Shown: positions 1 to 12,506, counted from the first letter of the stretch. The stretch: DNA of 64,000 nucleotides from an uncultured Planctomycetota bacterium (GCA_963823665.1 CAWGMQ010000005.1:576001-640000), one strand, 5' to 3'. Numbers and translations: made by a program. Notes: a model not told the origin generated them from the sequence alone.

Positions 1-949
1 CAAAGAAGATCAGGAAACCAGGCGACAGCAGGCTCAGGTGGCCGAAGCGAATGTCGATCAGGCGCTCGAGGCCGTCTACGCCTCTCGCGTCGGACTCGGG
101 CTTCCGATCGACCCGGGGCCGGGCAAAGACCTGGGGTATGTTCCGCCCAGCCTCGAGGAGAACTTCTCCTCCGTGCGCCAGTCCCTTAACCAATTGGTCC
201 AGAACGTGGCTGAGCTCGGCTACACCCCCCCTTCAATCGACGCCACCCCCAAAGAGGCCATGGCTGCGTTTCTCAAGCAAGACCCGGAGGGCAACCTCGA
301 ACGAATTTATGCCAAGTTGGTTCCCAACGCGCCGGCAATCAAACAAGCCGAGGCCAAGCTTGAAGAGGCCAAGCGCGACCTGGCCCAGGCCGAGCTCGAC
401 CTTCGCTACTGCGACGTCGTCGCCGAGATCGACGGCGTCGTCACCCGCCGCAACGTCAACCCCGGCAACAACGTCCAGGCCGGCCAGAGCTTGATGGCCG
501 TCCGCTCCCTCACCGAGATCTGGATCGACGCCAACTTCAAGGAAACCCAGCTCTCTGAGCTGCGAATCGGCCAGCGCGTGAGCTGCGAGGTGGATATGTA
601 CGGCAAGATTCACGAATATGAAGGGCGAATCACCGGGTTCACGATGGGCACCGGACAAACCCTGTCGCTTCTGCCGCCGCAGAACGCCACCGGCAACTTC
701 GTGAAGATCGTCCAGCGCCTGCCCGTTCGCATCGAGCTCACAAACTACAAGCCCGACGAGGCGCCGTTGTTCGTCGGCCTTTCGGTTGCTCCTTACGTCT
801 ACTACAAGGAGAAGCCCGAGGGCCCGCACGCAGGAGAATTCTTGCAACCGCTCCTGAGCCTCCCGCAGGGTACCGCGGTCTCGGACGCCCACTCCGAGGC
901 CAAGCCGGCCTCAACTTCTAATCAACCTTCGAAGGCGCCGGAACGATGA
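1..949 (+). CDS. HlyD/EmrA-family membrane fusion protein (5' end outside the window)
   Basis: Motifs GxVTRRNVNPGNNVQAGQ, WIDANFKETQL and SLLPPQNATGNFVKIVQRLPVRI; lies directly upstream of a DHA2 MFS gene. Confidence 0.92.
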   Translation, partial: KEDQETRRQQAQVAEANVDQALEAVYASRVGLGLPIDPGPGKDLGYVPPSLEENFSSVRQSLNQLVQNVAELGYTPPSIDATPKEAMAAFLKQDPEGNLERIYAKLVPNAPAIKQAEAKLEEAKRDLAQAELDLRYCDVVAEIDGVVTRRNVNPGNNVQAGQSLMAVRSLTEIWIDANFKETQLSELRIGQRVSCEVDMYGKIHEYEGRITGFTMGTGQTLSLLPPQNATGNFVKIVQRLPVRIELTNYKPDEAPLFVGLSVAPYVYYKEKPEGPHAGEFLQPLLSLPQGTAVSDAHSEAKPASTSNQPSKAPER

Positions 950-1004
950 AAGGCAATCGCTTCGTGGCACAGGAGCTTCTTCATCGTCCCGTGGGAGGCG
1001 CCGC

Positions 1005-2614
1005 ATGACGACCGCGGTCGCAGCCGGAGCCGCCGTCAGCCGGCCCGCGATCAACCCATGGATCGTCGCCGTGGCCGTGGTGGTACCCACCTTCATGGAG
1101 GTGCTCGACACCACGATCGCCAACGTCGCGCTGCGCTACATCGCCGGGGGCCTTCGCGCCGCCAACATCGACAGCGAATGGGTGCTCACCAGCTATCTGG
1201 CCGCCAATGCCACGATCTTGCCCATCTCGGGCTGGCTCTCCGCCCGCCTGGGGCGCCGCAATTACTTCCTCCTCTCCATCGCGGTCTTCACGATCGCCTC
1301 GGGCTTGTGTGGGATGGCGACCAGCCTGAGCCAACTGATCCTGTTTCGCGTGATTCAAGGTTTGGCCGGAGGAGGCCTTCAGCCCTCCAGTCAGGGAATC
1401 CTTCTGGACACGTTCCCGCCCGAAAAACAAGGCGCGGCGATGACAATGTTCGCCGTCGCCGGATTGCTCGCACCGGTCGTCGGCCCGACACTCGGCGGCT
1501 ACCTCACCGTCAACTACGACTGGCGCTGGATTTTTTACATCAATCTTCCGGTCGGCGCCCTCGGTTTCCTGGCGGCTTACCTCTTCGTGCGAGACCCGGA
1601 ATCTCTCGTGAACGAACGGGCAAAACTGCGGCGCCAGCCACTGAACTTCGACTATGTCGGCCTGGGCCTGCTCATTCTGGTCATGTCCTCCTGGGAAATC
1701 ATGCTCAGCAAAGGCCAGGAATGGGATTGGTATAACGACCCGTTCTGGCGCGTGCAGACGCTGTTCTTCACGTTCACGGGCGGCCTTCTCATCCTGATTT
1801 TCTGGGAGCTTCGGATCACCAATCCGGTCGTTAACTTCCGTCCCCTGGCAGAGCGCAATCTTGCCACGTCATGCTTCATCATCTTTTGTGCGTACGCCGT
1901 CCTCTATTCCGCCAGCACGTCTTTGCCAGGGCTACTGCAATCGCTCTTCGGTTACGACGCCTACGTATCGGGATTGGTCCAGTCGCCCTCAGGTATCTTC
2001 TCGATCATCATGTTGGTGATAGTCGGCTTCATACTCGGACGAGGCGCCGACGCCCGCTGGTTGATCGGCGTCGGCCTCTTGATCATGGCCGCCGGCAATT
2101 ACTGGATGGCGATGATGAACCTCTATATCGCACCAACCCAGGTTATCTGGCCCCGGGTCGTTCTCATCTGCGGCCTGTCGATGATCTTCGCACCAATCAG
2201 CGTCGCCGCTTTCAAATACACACCCCCGCATCTGCGCCAGCCGCCGTCGGTTTGTTTGCCTTGCTCCGGAACGAAGGGGGAAGCGTCGGCACCTCCCTCG
2301 CCCAAACCGTCGTTCAGCGCCGATCGCAATTCCACAGTGCGCGCGTCGGCGAGTTCCTCGACCCGCTCAACCCGACCGTCCGCTCTTTCGCTGAACAAAC
2401 CAGTGCCGCCTTCCTGCAACAAACCGGCGACCCCGCCGGCTCAAACCAGATGGCCCTGCAAGTCCTGGACGACCTGCGCCAGCAGCAGGCGGTGTCGCTC
2501 GCCTACTTTGACACCTTCTGGTTGTTAGCTATGCTCGCCCTGGTGCTAGTCCCCCTGGTTCTCTTGATGAAGCCCTCGGCCGCTGCAAAGGGCGAACACA
2601 TCGCCGCGGATTGA
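1005..2614 (+). CDS. DHA2 (EmrB/QacA) MFS efflux permease, 1-nt frameshift near 2238
   Basis: FMEVLDTTIANVAL and WRWIFYINLPVG motifs; the C-terminus (AAVGLFALLRNEGGSVG...AYFDTFW) continues in ORF 1871..2614 and is colinear with the paralog at 9182..10852. Confidence 0.9.
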
Positions 2615-2881
2615 ATAAGACCGAACGGCAAGATCGATCCGATCCGTGTCAGCGCGGCCGACTCGGCTTCTTGTGTTATGGCGCGGCTCTCCGTTCAAGG
2701 TCATCCGCGGCGTTCGCAATCGTACAGGCCAGGTCCGCTGTCCAGTTGAGCTTTCGCGATGTTGTTGCTATTTCGCGATCGCAAACTGAGAATGGGCCGG
2801 CTGCTATCCGGAATGGTTAGAAATCTTCGAGTTGGCTCTCACTCACCGCAAGCGGGGCGCGTGCGCTCCGAGGGGTTAAAC

Positions 2882-5002
2882 ATGACGATCCCGACCGACA
2901 AGAGCCCGAGCATCAAGTCCCGCAGGCACCCGCTCGACGAGCTGTCGATCAACACGATCCGCACTCTCGCCATCGACGCGGTCCAGGCCGCGAACTCGGG
3001 CCACCCCGGAACGCCCATGGCGATGGCCCCGGTCGCTTACTACTTGTGGCAATACGTGCTGCGATTCGACCCGAAGGACCCGATCTGGCCCAACCGCGAC
3101 CGCTTCGTCCTCTCCTCGGGCCACGCCTCGATGCTCCTTTATGCGCTCTTGCACCTGACGGGCGTTCGGGCTGTGAGCAAGGACTACGAGCGGCTGGGCG
3201 AGCCCTCCGTCCCCCTCGAGGCGATCAAGGCGTTCCGGCAACTGCACAGCCGCTGTCCCGGCCATCCGGAGTACCGCTGGACCTCGGGCGTCGAGACCAC
3301 AACCGGGCCGCTCGGGCAGGGCCTGGCCAACAGCGTCGGCATCGCGATGGCGGGCCGCTGGATGGCTGCGCACTACAACCGTCCCGGCTTCGACGACCTG
3401 ATCAACTTCAACGTCTACTCACTTTGCGGCGACGGCTGCATGATGGAGGGCATCTCCTCCGAGGCCGCCTCGCTCGCCGCGCACTGGAAGCTCTCCAACC
3501 TCTGCTGGATCTACGACAACAATCACATCACGATCGAGGGAAACACCGCGCTGGCCTTCAGCGAGGACGTCGCCACCCGGTTCCTCGGCTACGGCTGGAA
3601 CGTCACCCGCGTGGGCGACGCAAACGACCTCGACCTGCTCGATCGCGCCTTCGGCGTATTCTTGAACGAGCACGAGCGGCCGACCTTGATCATCATCGAT
3701 AGCCACATCGGTTGGGGCGCGCCCAGCAAGCAGGACACAAGCGCCGCCCACGGCGAGCCCCTGGGCGAGAACGAAGTCCGGCTGACCAAGCGCAATTACC
3801 ACTGGCCCGAGGACGCGAAGTTCCTCGTGCCCGACGGGGTCTACGACAACTTCCGCGACGGCATCGGCCGGCGGGGGGCGGAGCTGCGCCAAGCCTGGTT
3901 CGCGCACCTGGAGCGGTACCTCGCCGAGTATCCCGAGCTGGCCGACCAGCTCGACCGAATGCAGCACCGCCGGCTCCCCGACGGCTGGGATGCAAGCCTG
4001 CCGTCCTTCCCCCCCGACCGCAAGGGGATGGCCACTCGGAACTCATCGGGCCTGGTCTTGAACGCGGTCGCCCAAAATGTTCCCTGGTTGTTGGGCGGCG
4101 CTGCCGACCTGGCCCCGTCTACAAAGACGCGCCTTACGTTCGACGGTGCCGGCGACTTCGAGGCCGGCAGCTACCAGGGCCGCAATCTCCATTTCGGCAT
4201 CCGCGAGCACGCGATGGGAGCCATCCTGAACGGCATGGCGCTGGTCAAGGTCAGGGCCTTCGGCTCCGGGTTCTTGATCTTCAGCGACTATGGCCGGATG
4301 CCCATCCGCCTGGCGGCGATCATGGAAATTCCGGTGATCTACATCTTCACGCACGACTCGATCGGCGTCGGTGAGGACGGACCGACCCACCAGCCGGTCG
4401 AGCAACTGGCGTCGTTGCGCGCGATCCCCGGCCTGATCGTGCTGCGACCCGCCGATGCCAACGAGGTCGTCGAAGCGTGGAAGGTCATCATGCAGCTCGA
4501 TCACCAGCCGGCGGCTCTTATCCTCACACGCCAGGATCTCCCTACGCTCGACCGCGCACGGTATGCCCCGGCGTCGGGTCTCGCCAAGGGTGCCTACATC
4601 CTCGCCGATGCGCAGGGCGAGAAGCCCGACGTCCTGCTCCTGGCCACCGGCAGCGAGGTCTCGCTCTGTGTCGAGGCGCACGAGCGACTCACCGCCGAAG
4701 GCATCCGATCGCGCGTCATCAGCATGCCGTCGTGGGAGCTCTTCCACGACCAGGACGCGTCCTATCGCGATTCGGTCTTACCCCCCGATGTCACCGCTCG
4801 AGTCTCCGTCGAGCAAGCGTCGGTCTTCGGCTGGGCGAGCTACGTTGGGCTGGCCGGCACCAGCATCGGGATGCGGTCGTTCGGGTCCTCGGCCCCGCTC
4901 AAGGACCTCCAGCAGGAATTCGGCTTCACGGTGGAGCGAGTCGTCGAAGCCGCCAAGTCTCAGTTGGGTCGCTCGAACACGCGATGTCCCGACTCGCCTT
5001 GA
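2882..5002 (+). CDS. tkt: Transketolase
   Basis: SGHPG, RDRFVLSSGH, GHPE, TTGPLGQG, GDGCMMEG (ThDP motif), FGIREHAM, THDSIGVGEDGPTHQP. Confidence 0.97.
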   Translation: MTIPTDKSPSIKSRRHPLDELSINTIRTLAIDAVQAANSGHPGTPMAMAPVAYYLWQYVLRFDPKDPIWPNRDRFVLSSGHASMLLYALLHLTGVRAVSKDYERLGEPSVPLEAIKAFRQLHSRCPGHPEYRWTSGVETTTGPLGQGLANSVGIAMAGRWMAAHYNRPGFDDLINFNVYSLCGDGCMMEGISSEAASLAAHWKLSNLCWIYDNNHITIEGNTALAFSEDVATRFLGYGWNVTRVGDANDLDLLDRAFGVFLNEHERPTLIIIDSHIGWGAPSKQDTSAAHGEPLGENEVRLTKRNYHWPEDAKFLVPDGVYDNFRDGIGRRGAELRQAWFAHLERYLAEYPELADQLDRMQHRRLPDGWDASLPSFPPDRKGMATRNSSGLVLNAVAQNVPWLLGGAADLAPSTKTRLTFDGAGDFEAGSYQGRNLHFGIREHAMGAILNGMALVKVRAFGSGFLIFSDYGRMPIRLAAIMEIPVIYIFTHDSIGVGEDGPTHQPVEQLASLRAIPGLIVLRPADANEVVEAWKVIMQLDHQPAALILTRQDLPTLDRARYAPASGLAKGAYILADAQGEKPDVLLLATGSEVSLCVEAHERLTAEGIRSRVISMPSWELFHDQDASYRDSVLPPDVTARVSVEQASVFGWASYVGLAGTSIGMRSFGSSAPLKDLQQEFGFTVERVVEAAKSQLGRSNTRCPDSP

Positions 5003-8000
5003 AAAGTGTCCCAGATGCGAACCGTCAAGTCGCCGGAAGCGGAGGCCAGTCGCGTCCCGTCGGGGCTGAAGGCGACGGCATGAACATAGGCCTGGTGTCC
5101 TCGCAGCTCGCAGACGTCTTTCCCTGTTGCCACGTCCCATATCCGGATGGTGTTGTCACTGCACCCCGTCGCCAGACGGGTGCCGTCCGGACTGAACGCC
5201 AGGCCGTACACCCGGTTCACGTGCGGCAAGACGTGGAGCTGCTGGTGCGTGTTGGCGTTCCAGAGGTGCACATTGCCGTCCCTCGAGCTGGCAGCGAGGA
5301 ACCGGCCGTCCGCGGCGTATGCGATCCGATAGCCCTCCGCGTCTCCGGGCAGGATCGTGACAGCGGTCCGCTTTGCCAGATTCCAGAGGCGCACGGTCCG
5401 GTCGTATCCAACGCTCGCAAGTTGGTTCCCTTCGGGGTTGAATGCCACGTCGAGAACTGATCCCTCATGCCCTTGCAACACACCCGCCGGCGTCCCGGTG
5501 GCCACATCCCAGAGACGTATGGAGCCGTCTCGACTCCCCGAGGCCAGCAGCGTGCCCGCGGAGTTGAAGACTGCTCGAGCTTCCCCGTTCCAGTCGCCGG
5601 TAGGTGCCTTGAAGATATGCAGAGGTTTGCCGGTGCACAGATCCCAGAGGGTGATCGTCTCGCCGCGTGTTGCTGTGGCAAGTTGCTTGCCGTCGGGATG
5701 CCATGCCACAGAGCCGACGATTGTGTCGTCCCGTTTCCCTTGTTCGTGTTGCAGCACGGCGGCCGGCCGGCCGGTGTTCGCGTCCCAGACACGGGCAGTG
5801 CCGTCCCAGGCCGCGGATGCCACCTGCGTGCAATCCGGGCTGAAGGCGACGTCGTATACGAAGCCGTCGTGACCACGCAGGATTCCGTTCCGTTCCGCTA
5901 GCTTCATGTCCCAGACGCGCGCCTCGCCGTCGGACGCGACCGACACCAGAAGCGAGCTGTGCGCGGCGAACGCCGCCGCATGGACCTCGGCCGTGTGCCC
6001 GCGCAGCACGGCAACCAACTGCCCGAGCTCCGAGTCCCAGACCCGTAACGTCTGATCAGCCGACGCCGTGATCACTCGCTTACCGTCGGAGCTGAAAATC
6101 GCGTTCCACAGGTCGCCCGAGTAGTCGCGAAGCTGGGCAAGCCGCTCGCCGGTGACGCCGTCCCACAGCCAGGCCTGTTCGGCGGAGGCCGAAACGGCAC
6201 GTTGGCCGCCTGAGTCGAAGGTGATACTTCGGATCGTGTTCACGTGGCCGGTTACCACGGCAATCGGTCGTCCCGTCGCTGACTCCCACAGCCGAACGGC
6301 GACATCAGGGTAGGTCCCTCCCGAGGCAAGCCGCGCCCCGTCAGGGCTGAACGCCAGGACCTCAGGGCAAAATGTGTGGCCGCACAGCACGGCGATCTCC
6401 CTTCCGGTCACGCCATCCCATAAGCGGATATTCTTCTCATCGTGGTCGCATGACGCGATCCGATTGCCGTCCGGACTCACCACCAGGTGGACGACTTGAG
6501 CTTGATGGGTTCCTAGCGCCGCGATCTGCCGGCCCGAGCGCGCGTCGTATACGCGAGCCTCGCGATCGATTCCGATCACGAGTCGCCGGCTGTCCGGCGT
6601 GAAAATCACAGCAAAACGCCTCACCGGCCCGCCGAGAACGGCGACCTGCCCGCCCGTGGTGGCGTCCCACAACCGAGCGGACCCTCCACCCACCGAGCAG
6701 ATCCGCAACCCATCTGGACTGTAGTAAAGCCAATCGACTGGATTCTCATGCCCGCGCAGCACCGCGACTTCTTTCAAGGTCGCCGGGTCCCACAAACGAA
6801 CGGTCTTGTCGGCGGAACCGGAGGCGAGACGCTTGCCGTCGGGGCTGTACGCCAGCATCTCCACCGGGCCCGCGTGGCCGACCAGGGCGCCGGTGACCTT
6901 ACCTGTCGCCGTTTCCCAGAGGTTGACGGCACGCCCATCCTTGTCCACAACGGCGACCTGATCACCCGACGGGCTGATAGTCGGCAGTCGCAACGAACGC
7001 ATCGGTCGGCGTGCCGGGCATGACGGCGCGTGAGTTGTCGAGCTGACTCTTCAGGTGTCGCCACTCCCAGTTGCGATGCTCTTCCGGCGCCGCCTCGAGG
7101 GCCCGCCGTGCCGTGCCGCTGTTGTTCTGGAATTGAAGCGCCGACGCGGCAGCCGAGATGTTCGAACGATAGCGTTCCCAGCGCTCGGACTTGACCGCCA
7201 GCTCGGCCGTTTGCCGGGCTTCGACCGCGCTGCGCCACTGCCAGAGGATGGTCGCGATCGCGACCATGCCGGTAGCGAGCACAATGCTCAGGGACGCCAC
7301 CGGAACCGGGTTCCGCTTGCCCCATCGCGCCAGCCGAACGAGGGGCCCCGCCGGGCGCGCCCTGATGGGTTCGTGATTCAGGAACCGACGTAGATCCTCC
7401 GCCAGAGCGCCCGCCGTCGCATATCGCCCGCCTGGCTCCTTCTCCAGGCACTTCAGGCAGACCGTTTCCAGGTCCCTGGGAACCCTGGCGTTGAGCCGTG
7501 ACGGCGATACTGGCTCATGCTCGATGACCTGGCGCTCCGTCTCGGCCGCCGTCTCCGCGCGGAATGGCGGCCGGCCCGTTAACAGCTCGTAGAGGATCGC
7601 ACCCAGTGCGTAGATGTCCAGACCGGGACCGAGGGCATGCGAGAGGCCCCGAGCCTGCTCCGGGGCCATGTAGCTGGGTGTGCCCACCCTGGCGCCGCTC
7701 AGTGTAAGGGTGGCTCCGCCCTCCTGTCGCCGGGCGAGGCCGAAGTCGCCGATCTTGGGCGTGCCGTCGGCGGTAAGCAGCACGTTGGACGGCTTGAGAT
7801 CACGGTGAATGATCCCCCCTTTGTGTGCGGCCTCTACGGCCGACGCCAGGGTCGCGACCAAAAGCGCGGCTTGATGAGCAGGCATCGGCGTACCCGATAG
7901 TTGCTCGGCCAGGCTGCCGCCGTCGACAAACTCCATGGTGTAGTACGGTCTTCCGTCCGAGTCACCGACGTCGTGAATCTGCACGACGTTGGGGTGCCGA

Positions 8001-8404
8001 AGCCCAGCCACCGCCTCCGCCTCCCGCTGGAACCGCTCCCGTTCGTACGGGCTTGTGTACGCGCCGGCGAGCGCCATCTTCAGTGCCACGATGCGGTTCA
8101 AGCGCAGGTGCCGGGCCCGGAAGACGACGCCCATGCCACCGCGGCCCAGCAACTCCTGGACTTCATAGCCGGGAATCTGGGGCAGATCTGAGCCTGGCTC
8201 AAGCGATCCAGGTTCCCCCGCAGGCGAACTGGACAACGGCAGCGGGAAGAACGCGTCTAACTGAGCGTCGCACGCGTGCAGTCGGCGAAAGCGATTGAGG
8301 ACCTGCGGCAGCAACTCCGGGGAATGACGACACACTTCTTCAGGCGTATCCCCCGATTCCAGGAGCTCTTCGAGCAGCTCTTGTACGCGCGGATCACCGG
8401 CCAT
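4960..8404 (-). CDS. Ser/Thr protein kinase with TM segment and WD40 beta-propellers, frameshift near 7000
   Basis: GRGGMG, VALK, HRDLKPSN, DFG, GTPSYMAPEQ; hydrophobic segment; then many GH...WD repeats in ORF 4960..7002. Confidence 0.9.
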
Positions 8405-8476
8405 CGGGTCTCTCTCAACTCGTTTGTCTGGCGCGGCTTTTGACACCGATCTCGGTCGTTCTCCGACTCCACGTGA

Positions 8477-9095
8477 CTAAGCGTTCGCCGGCGGCTCTTC
8501 TTTCGGTCGCAGGTCGTCCAGCTCTTCCGCAAGCAACAGCCGGGCACGATTCAGACGCCGTTGCACCGTCTTGGCCGAAACGTCAAGCACTTCGGCGGCC
8601 TCGGTCTTGGTCAGGCCCTGCAGGCGCACCAGGCCGAAGACTTCCCGCTCTTCGTCCGGCAATTTGTCGATTGCGTCCAGCATCCGACGGCCATCCGCAC
8701 TGATTCCGGAACCGCTGCTCGCCGGCGCCGGAACGATTCCTTCCTGCAGTTCCATCGCAAGCCGGCTGTTCATCTAAGCGGCGGGCCAGGTCATTGAGCT
8801 GCCAGCGCATATGCTGATTGGCCAGCGCAAAGAACTGGCGTACGGTCTGTGGACGGATTGACCGCATCGCCTTGAGCAACCCTTCCACCACTCCGCTGAG
8901 CATCTCGTCGGTCTCGAGATTCAGCGGCGGCTTTGTCAAACGCGGGTAACTTCGGTGCAGCAAATTGGCGCATAGCACGTGCAGCCGGTGGGCGGCCCGC
9001 TCCAATAGCGCGCGTACAATCGGCTCGGCGGGCGAGTCCGCGGCCAGCTCATCGAGGTAGCGCTGGACAACGGCCGTGGTGTGTTCTTCGATCAT
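8477..9095 (-). CDS. ECF sigma-70 factor of STK-associated type, frameshift near 8760
   Basis: Region 2 (QFFALANQHMRWQLNDLARR) in 8583..9095; region 4 HTH (LPDEEREVFGLVRLQGLTKTEAAEVLDVSAKTVQRRL) in 8477..8773; immediately upstream of an STK. Confidence 0.88.
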
Positions 9096-9181
9096 GCATG
9101 GTGCCGGCCAAATGTGCAGTAATCCCGAGCCACCATGGATGTTACCCGATCCGGTGTCCCCCTCCTACTCTCAACTGAGGT

Positions 9182-10852
9182 CTACTCTGCCCCGACGTGC
9201 TCTCCCTTCTCCGCCACGGATCGCTTCATGAGCGGTACCAGAACGATCAAACCGAACGCCAGAACGCCGAACAGCCAGAAGACATCGAAGTAGGCCAGCG
9301 AAACCGCTTGCTGCTGGCGGAGGTCCGAGAGCGACTGCAAGGCCATCTCCTGCGACGCGCCCGGGTCACCCGTCTGCTGGAAGTAGAAGGCCCGGGCCTG
9401 CTGGAGAAACGAGGCCACCGCGGGGTTGAGGGGGTCGAGAAACTCGCCCACGCGCGCCGTGTGGAAATGTTCGCGTCGCCACTCGAGGGCCGGGGCCAGG
9501 GACGTGCCGACGCTGCCTCCCTCGTTGCGGAGCAAGGAGAACAGGCCGACCGCGGCCCCACGCAGATTGGGGGGGATGTACTTGAAGGCGGCCACGCTGA
9601 TCGGAGCGAAGATCAGCGACAGCCCGGTGATCAACACCACCCGTGGCCAGATCACCACCGTCGGGCTGATATACAAGTTCATGTAGGCCATCCAGCAATT
9701 CCCGCAGCCCATGATCAAGAGACCAAGTGCAATCAACCAGCGGGCATCGACGCCCCGACCGATCAACGCGCCGACAACGAACAAACCCATGACGGAGAAA
9801 ACGCCCGAGGGTGACTGCACGAGCCCCGAGACATAGGCGTCGTAGCCGAACTGGGACTGGAGCAGGCCCGGAAGGGACGTGCTGGCTCCGTAGAGCACAC
9901 CGAACGCACAGAAGATGATGATGGAGCAGACCGTGAAGTTCCGCTCGAGGAGCGGCCGGAAGTTGACCACCGGATTGGCAATCCGCGTCTCCCGGAAGAC
10001 CAGGCTGCCCAGCCCGAGAACGAACACGATGAAGAGCGTCTGCACCCGCCAGAAGGCGTCATTGTACCAATCCCACTCCTGCCCCTTGCTGAGCATCACT
10101 TCCCAGCTCGACATGACCAGGGTTAGCAGCCCCAGGCCGATGTAGTCGAAATTGAGCGGTTGCTTTTGCAGCTCGGCCCGCTGCTTTTTGAGGTAGGCGG
10201 GATCGTCGACCAGGAGGTAAGACAGGAGGAAGCCGATGGCACCGACGGGGAGATTGATGTAGAAGATCCAGCGCCAGTCGTAGGTGACCGTGAGATAACC
10301 GCCCAAAGTCGGGCCGACAACCGGCGCCAGCAGGGCCGCCACGCCGAACATCGTCTGGGCGGCGCCTTGTTTCTCGGGCGGGAAGCTGTCTAGGAGGATG
10401 GCCTGGCTGGAAGGCTGGAGTCCGCCGCCGCCCAAGCCCTGGATCACCCGGAACAGAATCAGTTGTTCGAGGCTGGTGGCCATGCCGCAGAGACCCGAAG
10501 CGATGGTGAAAATGGCGATCGAGATCAGGAAGTAGTTGCGACGGCCGAGGTGGGCCGACAGCCAGCCCGTGATCGGCAAGATCGTGGCATTGGCCGCGAG
10601 GTAGCTGGTGAGGACCCAATCACTATCGACGTTGGCCGCCGACAGACCGCCGGCGATGTACCGCAGCGCGACGTTGGCGATCGTGGTATCGAGCACTTCC
10701 ATGAAGGTGGGCACGACCACGGCGGCCGCGACGAACCAGGGGTTCAACGCCGGACGGCTCGCGGCGGTCGGGGCAGGGCCACGCTGCTCATGCGGGGGCT
10801 CCTTCAGTGCGAGCAATGACAGATCGGGGATCGCAGGGCTCCCTTGATTCAT
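9182..10852 (-). CDS. DHA2 (EmrB/QacA) MFS efflux permease, second copy
   Basis: Intact 556-aa ORF with the same motifs as 1005..2614. Confidence 0.93.
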   Translation of the reverse strand: MNQGSPAIPDLSLLALKEPPHEQRGPAPTAASRPALNPWFVAAAVVVPTFMEVLDTTIANVALRYIAGGLSAANVDSDWVLTSYLAANATILPITGWLSAHLGRRNYFLISIAIFTIASGLCGMATSLEQLILFRVIQGLGGGGLQPSSQAILLDSFPPEKQGAAQTMFGVAALLAPVVGPTLGGYLTVTYDWRWIFYINLPVGAIGFLLSYLLVDDPAYLKKQRAELQKQPLNFDYIGLGLLTLVMSSWEVMLSKGQEWDWYNDAFWRVQTLFIVFVLGLGSLVFRETRIANPVVNFRPLLERNFTVCSIIIFCAFGVLYGASTSLPGLLQSQFGYDAYVSGLVQSPSGVFSVMGLFVVGALIGRGVDARWLIALGLLIMGCGNCWMAYMNLYISPTVVIWPRVVLITGLSLIFAPISVAAFKYIPPNLRGAAVGLFSLLRNEGGSVGTSLAPALEWRREHFHTARVGEFLDPLNPAVASFLQQARAFYFQQTGDPGASQEMALQSLSDLRQQQAVSLAYFDVFWLFGVLAFGLIVLVPLMKRSVAEKGEHVGAE

Positions 10853-12506
10853 CCGTCCTCGGTCAGGGGCTGCTGGGGCCGCTCGGAACGGGGATTTCCG
10901 ATGGCGAGGCTTCCCCAGAGATCGACACGACGGGGCCTCGTGGCAGAGCGCGGCGCGGTTGCAACATCTCCCCGGCGTGTGGCCCCGACGGGCCGTTCCT
11001 TGTAGTACACGTACGGCACCACCGACAGGCCGACGAACAACGGGGCCTTCTCCGGATCGTAGTCGGTCAGCTCGACGCGTACGGGCAGCCGCTGGACGAT
11101 CTTCACGAAGTTGCCGGTGGCGTTCTGCGGCGGGAGCAGGGCGATGGTTTGACCGGTCCCCATGGTGAAGCCGGTGATGCGGCCCTCGTATTCACGCCGG
11201 CTCCCGTACATGTCCACCTCGCAGCGCACGCGATGGCCGATGCGCAGGTCCCCGAGCTGCGTCTCCTTGAAATTGGCATCGATCCAGATCTCCGTGAGCG
11301 ACCGGACCGCCATGACGCTTTGCCCCGCCTGGACGTTATTGCCGGGGTTGACGTTGCGCCGGGTCACCATGCCATCGATCTCGCTGGCGACGTCGCAATA
11401 GCGGAGGTCCAGCTCCGCCCGGGCGAGGTCGCGCCGGGTCTGGAGGAGCCTGGCCTCGGCCTGCCGGACCGCCGGTGCCTGCGGCACGATCCGCTCCATG
11501 ATCCGGTCGATGTTCCCCTCCTTGTCGCGGCGGGCGAATTCCTCGAGGGCTTGCCGGGGCGTCTGGGACGAAGAGGTGAGTGGGAGACCGACAGTGCCAG
11601 GCTCTGGACCAGCTCGGCCAGCGCCTCGCGGACCCCGGAGAAGGTCTGGTTGAGATCGACGGGGACTTCCGCCAGGTCTCCCGTCTCGGGGCGCGCGGCG
11701 AGGCCGAGGGCGACCCGCGCTTCATAGACGTCCTCGAGCGCCTGCTTGGCCCCGGCTGCGGCCGTCCGTTCAGCCTCGACGCGCTGGTCGAAATCCTCGC
11801 GGGAGAGCGCGTTGCGGCTGAAGACGCCCTTGGCGCGGGCGAAGTCGGCCCTGGCGCGTTCGAGGGTCGCCTCCTTGCTCCGCAGGGCCGCGACCCGGGC
11901 CCGGAGCTGTGCGACCGTGTCGTCGACGTCCTCCATCGCCCTCTGGAGCTTCCACCGCTGGCTCCGGGCCAGCGCCAGGGTGCCGCGGACCTGGGACCGG
12001 GCGACCTCCAGGTCGGCCTCGCCGTTGATCACGGCCGCCTTCTTGACGTCGACCTGGACCTGGTAGGGCTCCTTGTCGAGCTGGACGAGGAGGTCCCCCT
12101 TTCGCACGCGGTAGTTGTCATCAACCAGGACGCGGCTCACCAGGCCTGCGACCCGCGGGGCCACGAGCGTGACGTGGCCGTTGACGTACGCGTCATCGGT
12201 GGAAACCGTGTTCAGCACGGTCTCCACGTAGGGGATCAAGAAGTACCCGCCGGCCGCGAGGCTGACCACGATCCCCGCCCGCAGCAGCCATTTGCGCCAC
12301 GGGCGTGCCGGCGCGGGAGCCGCGGACGGTGGGGTGTCCAAGGCGTGATCAGCCGCCGCGTCCGCGGCCTGGTGATCCGACCGGCGGTCGCAACCGCTTG
12401 TGGCGGGCGTGGGGCGTCTCGCGCTTCCGCTGCCGCGGCGACACCCGTCGGCGCTGCGTCGTCTGCGGGTTTTGAACAGCCCGTCATATGTGCTCGCCAT
12501 TGTCAT
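10849..12506 (-). CDS. HlyD/EmrA-family membrane fusion protein, second copy, frameshifted near 11590 and 10980
   Basis: TM anchor, STDDAYVNGH, APRVAGLVSRV, coiled coil; C-terminal PPQNATGNFVKIVQRLPV in 10849..11499; ATGA overlap with the MFS gene. Confidence 0.88.
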
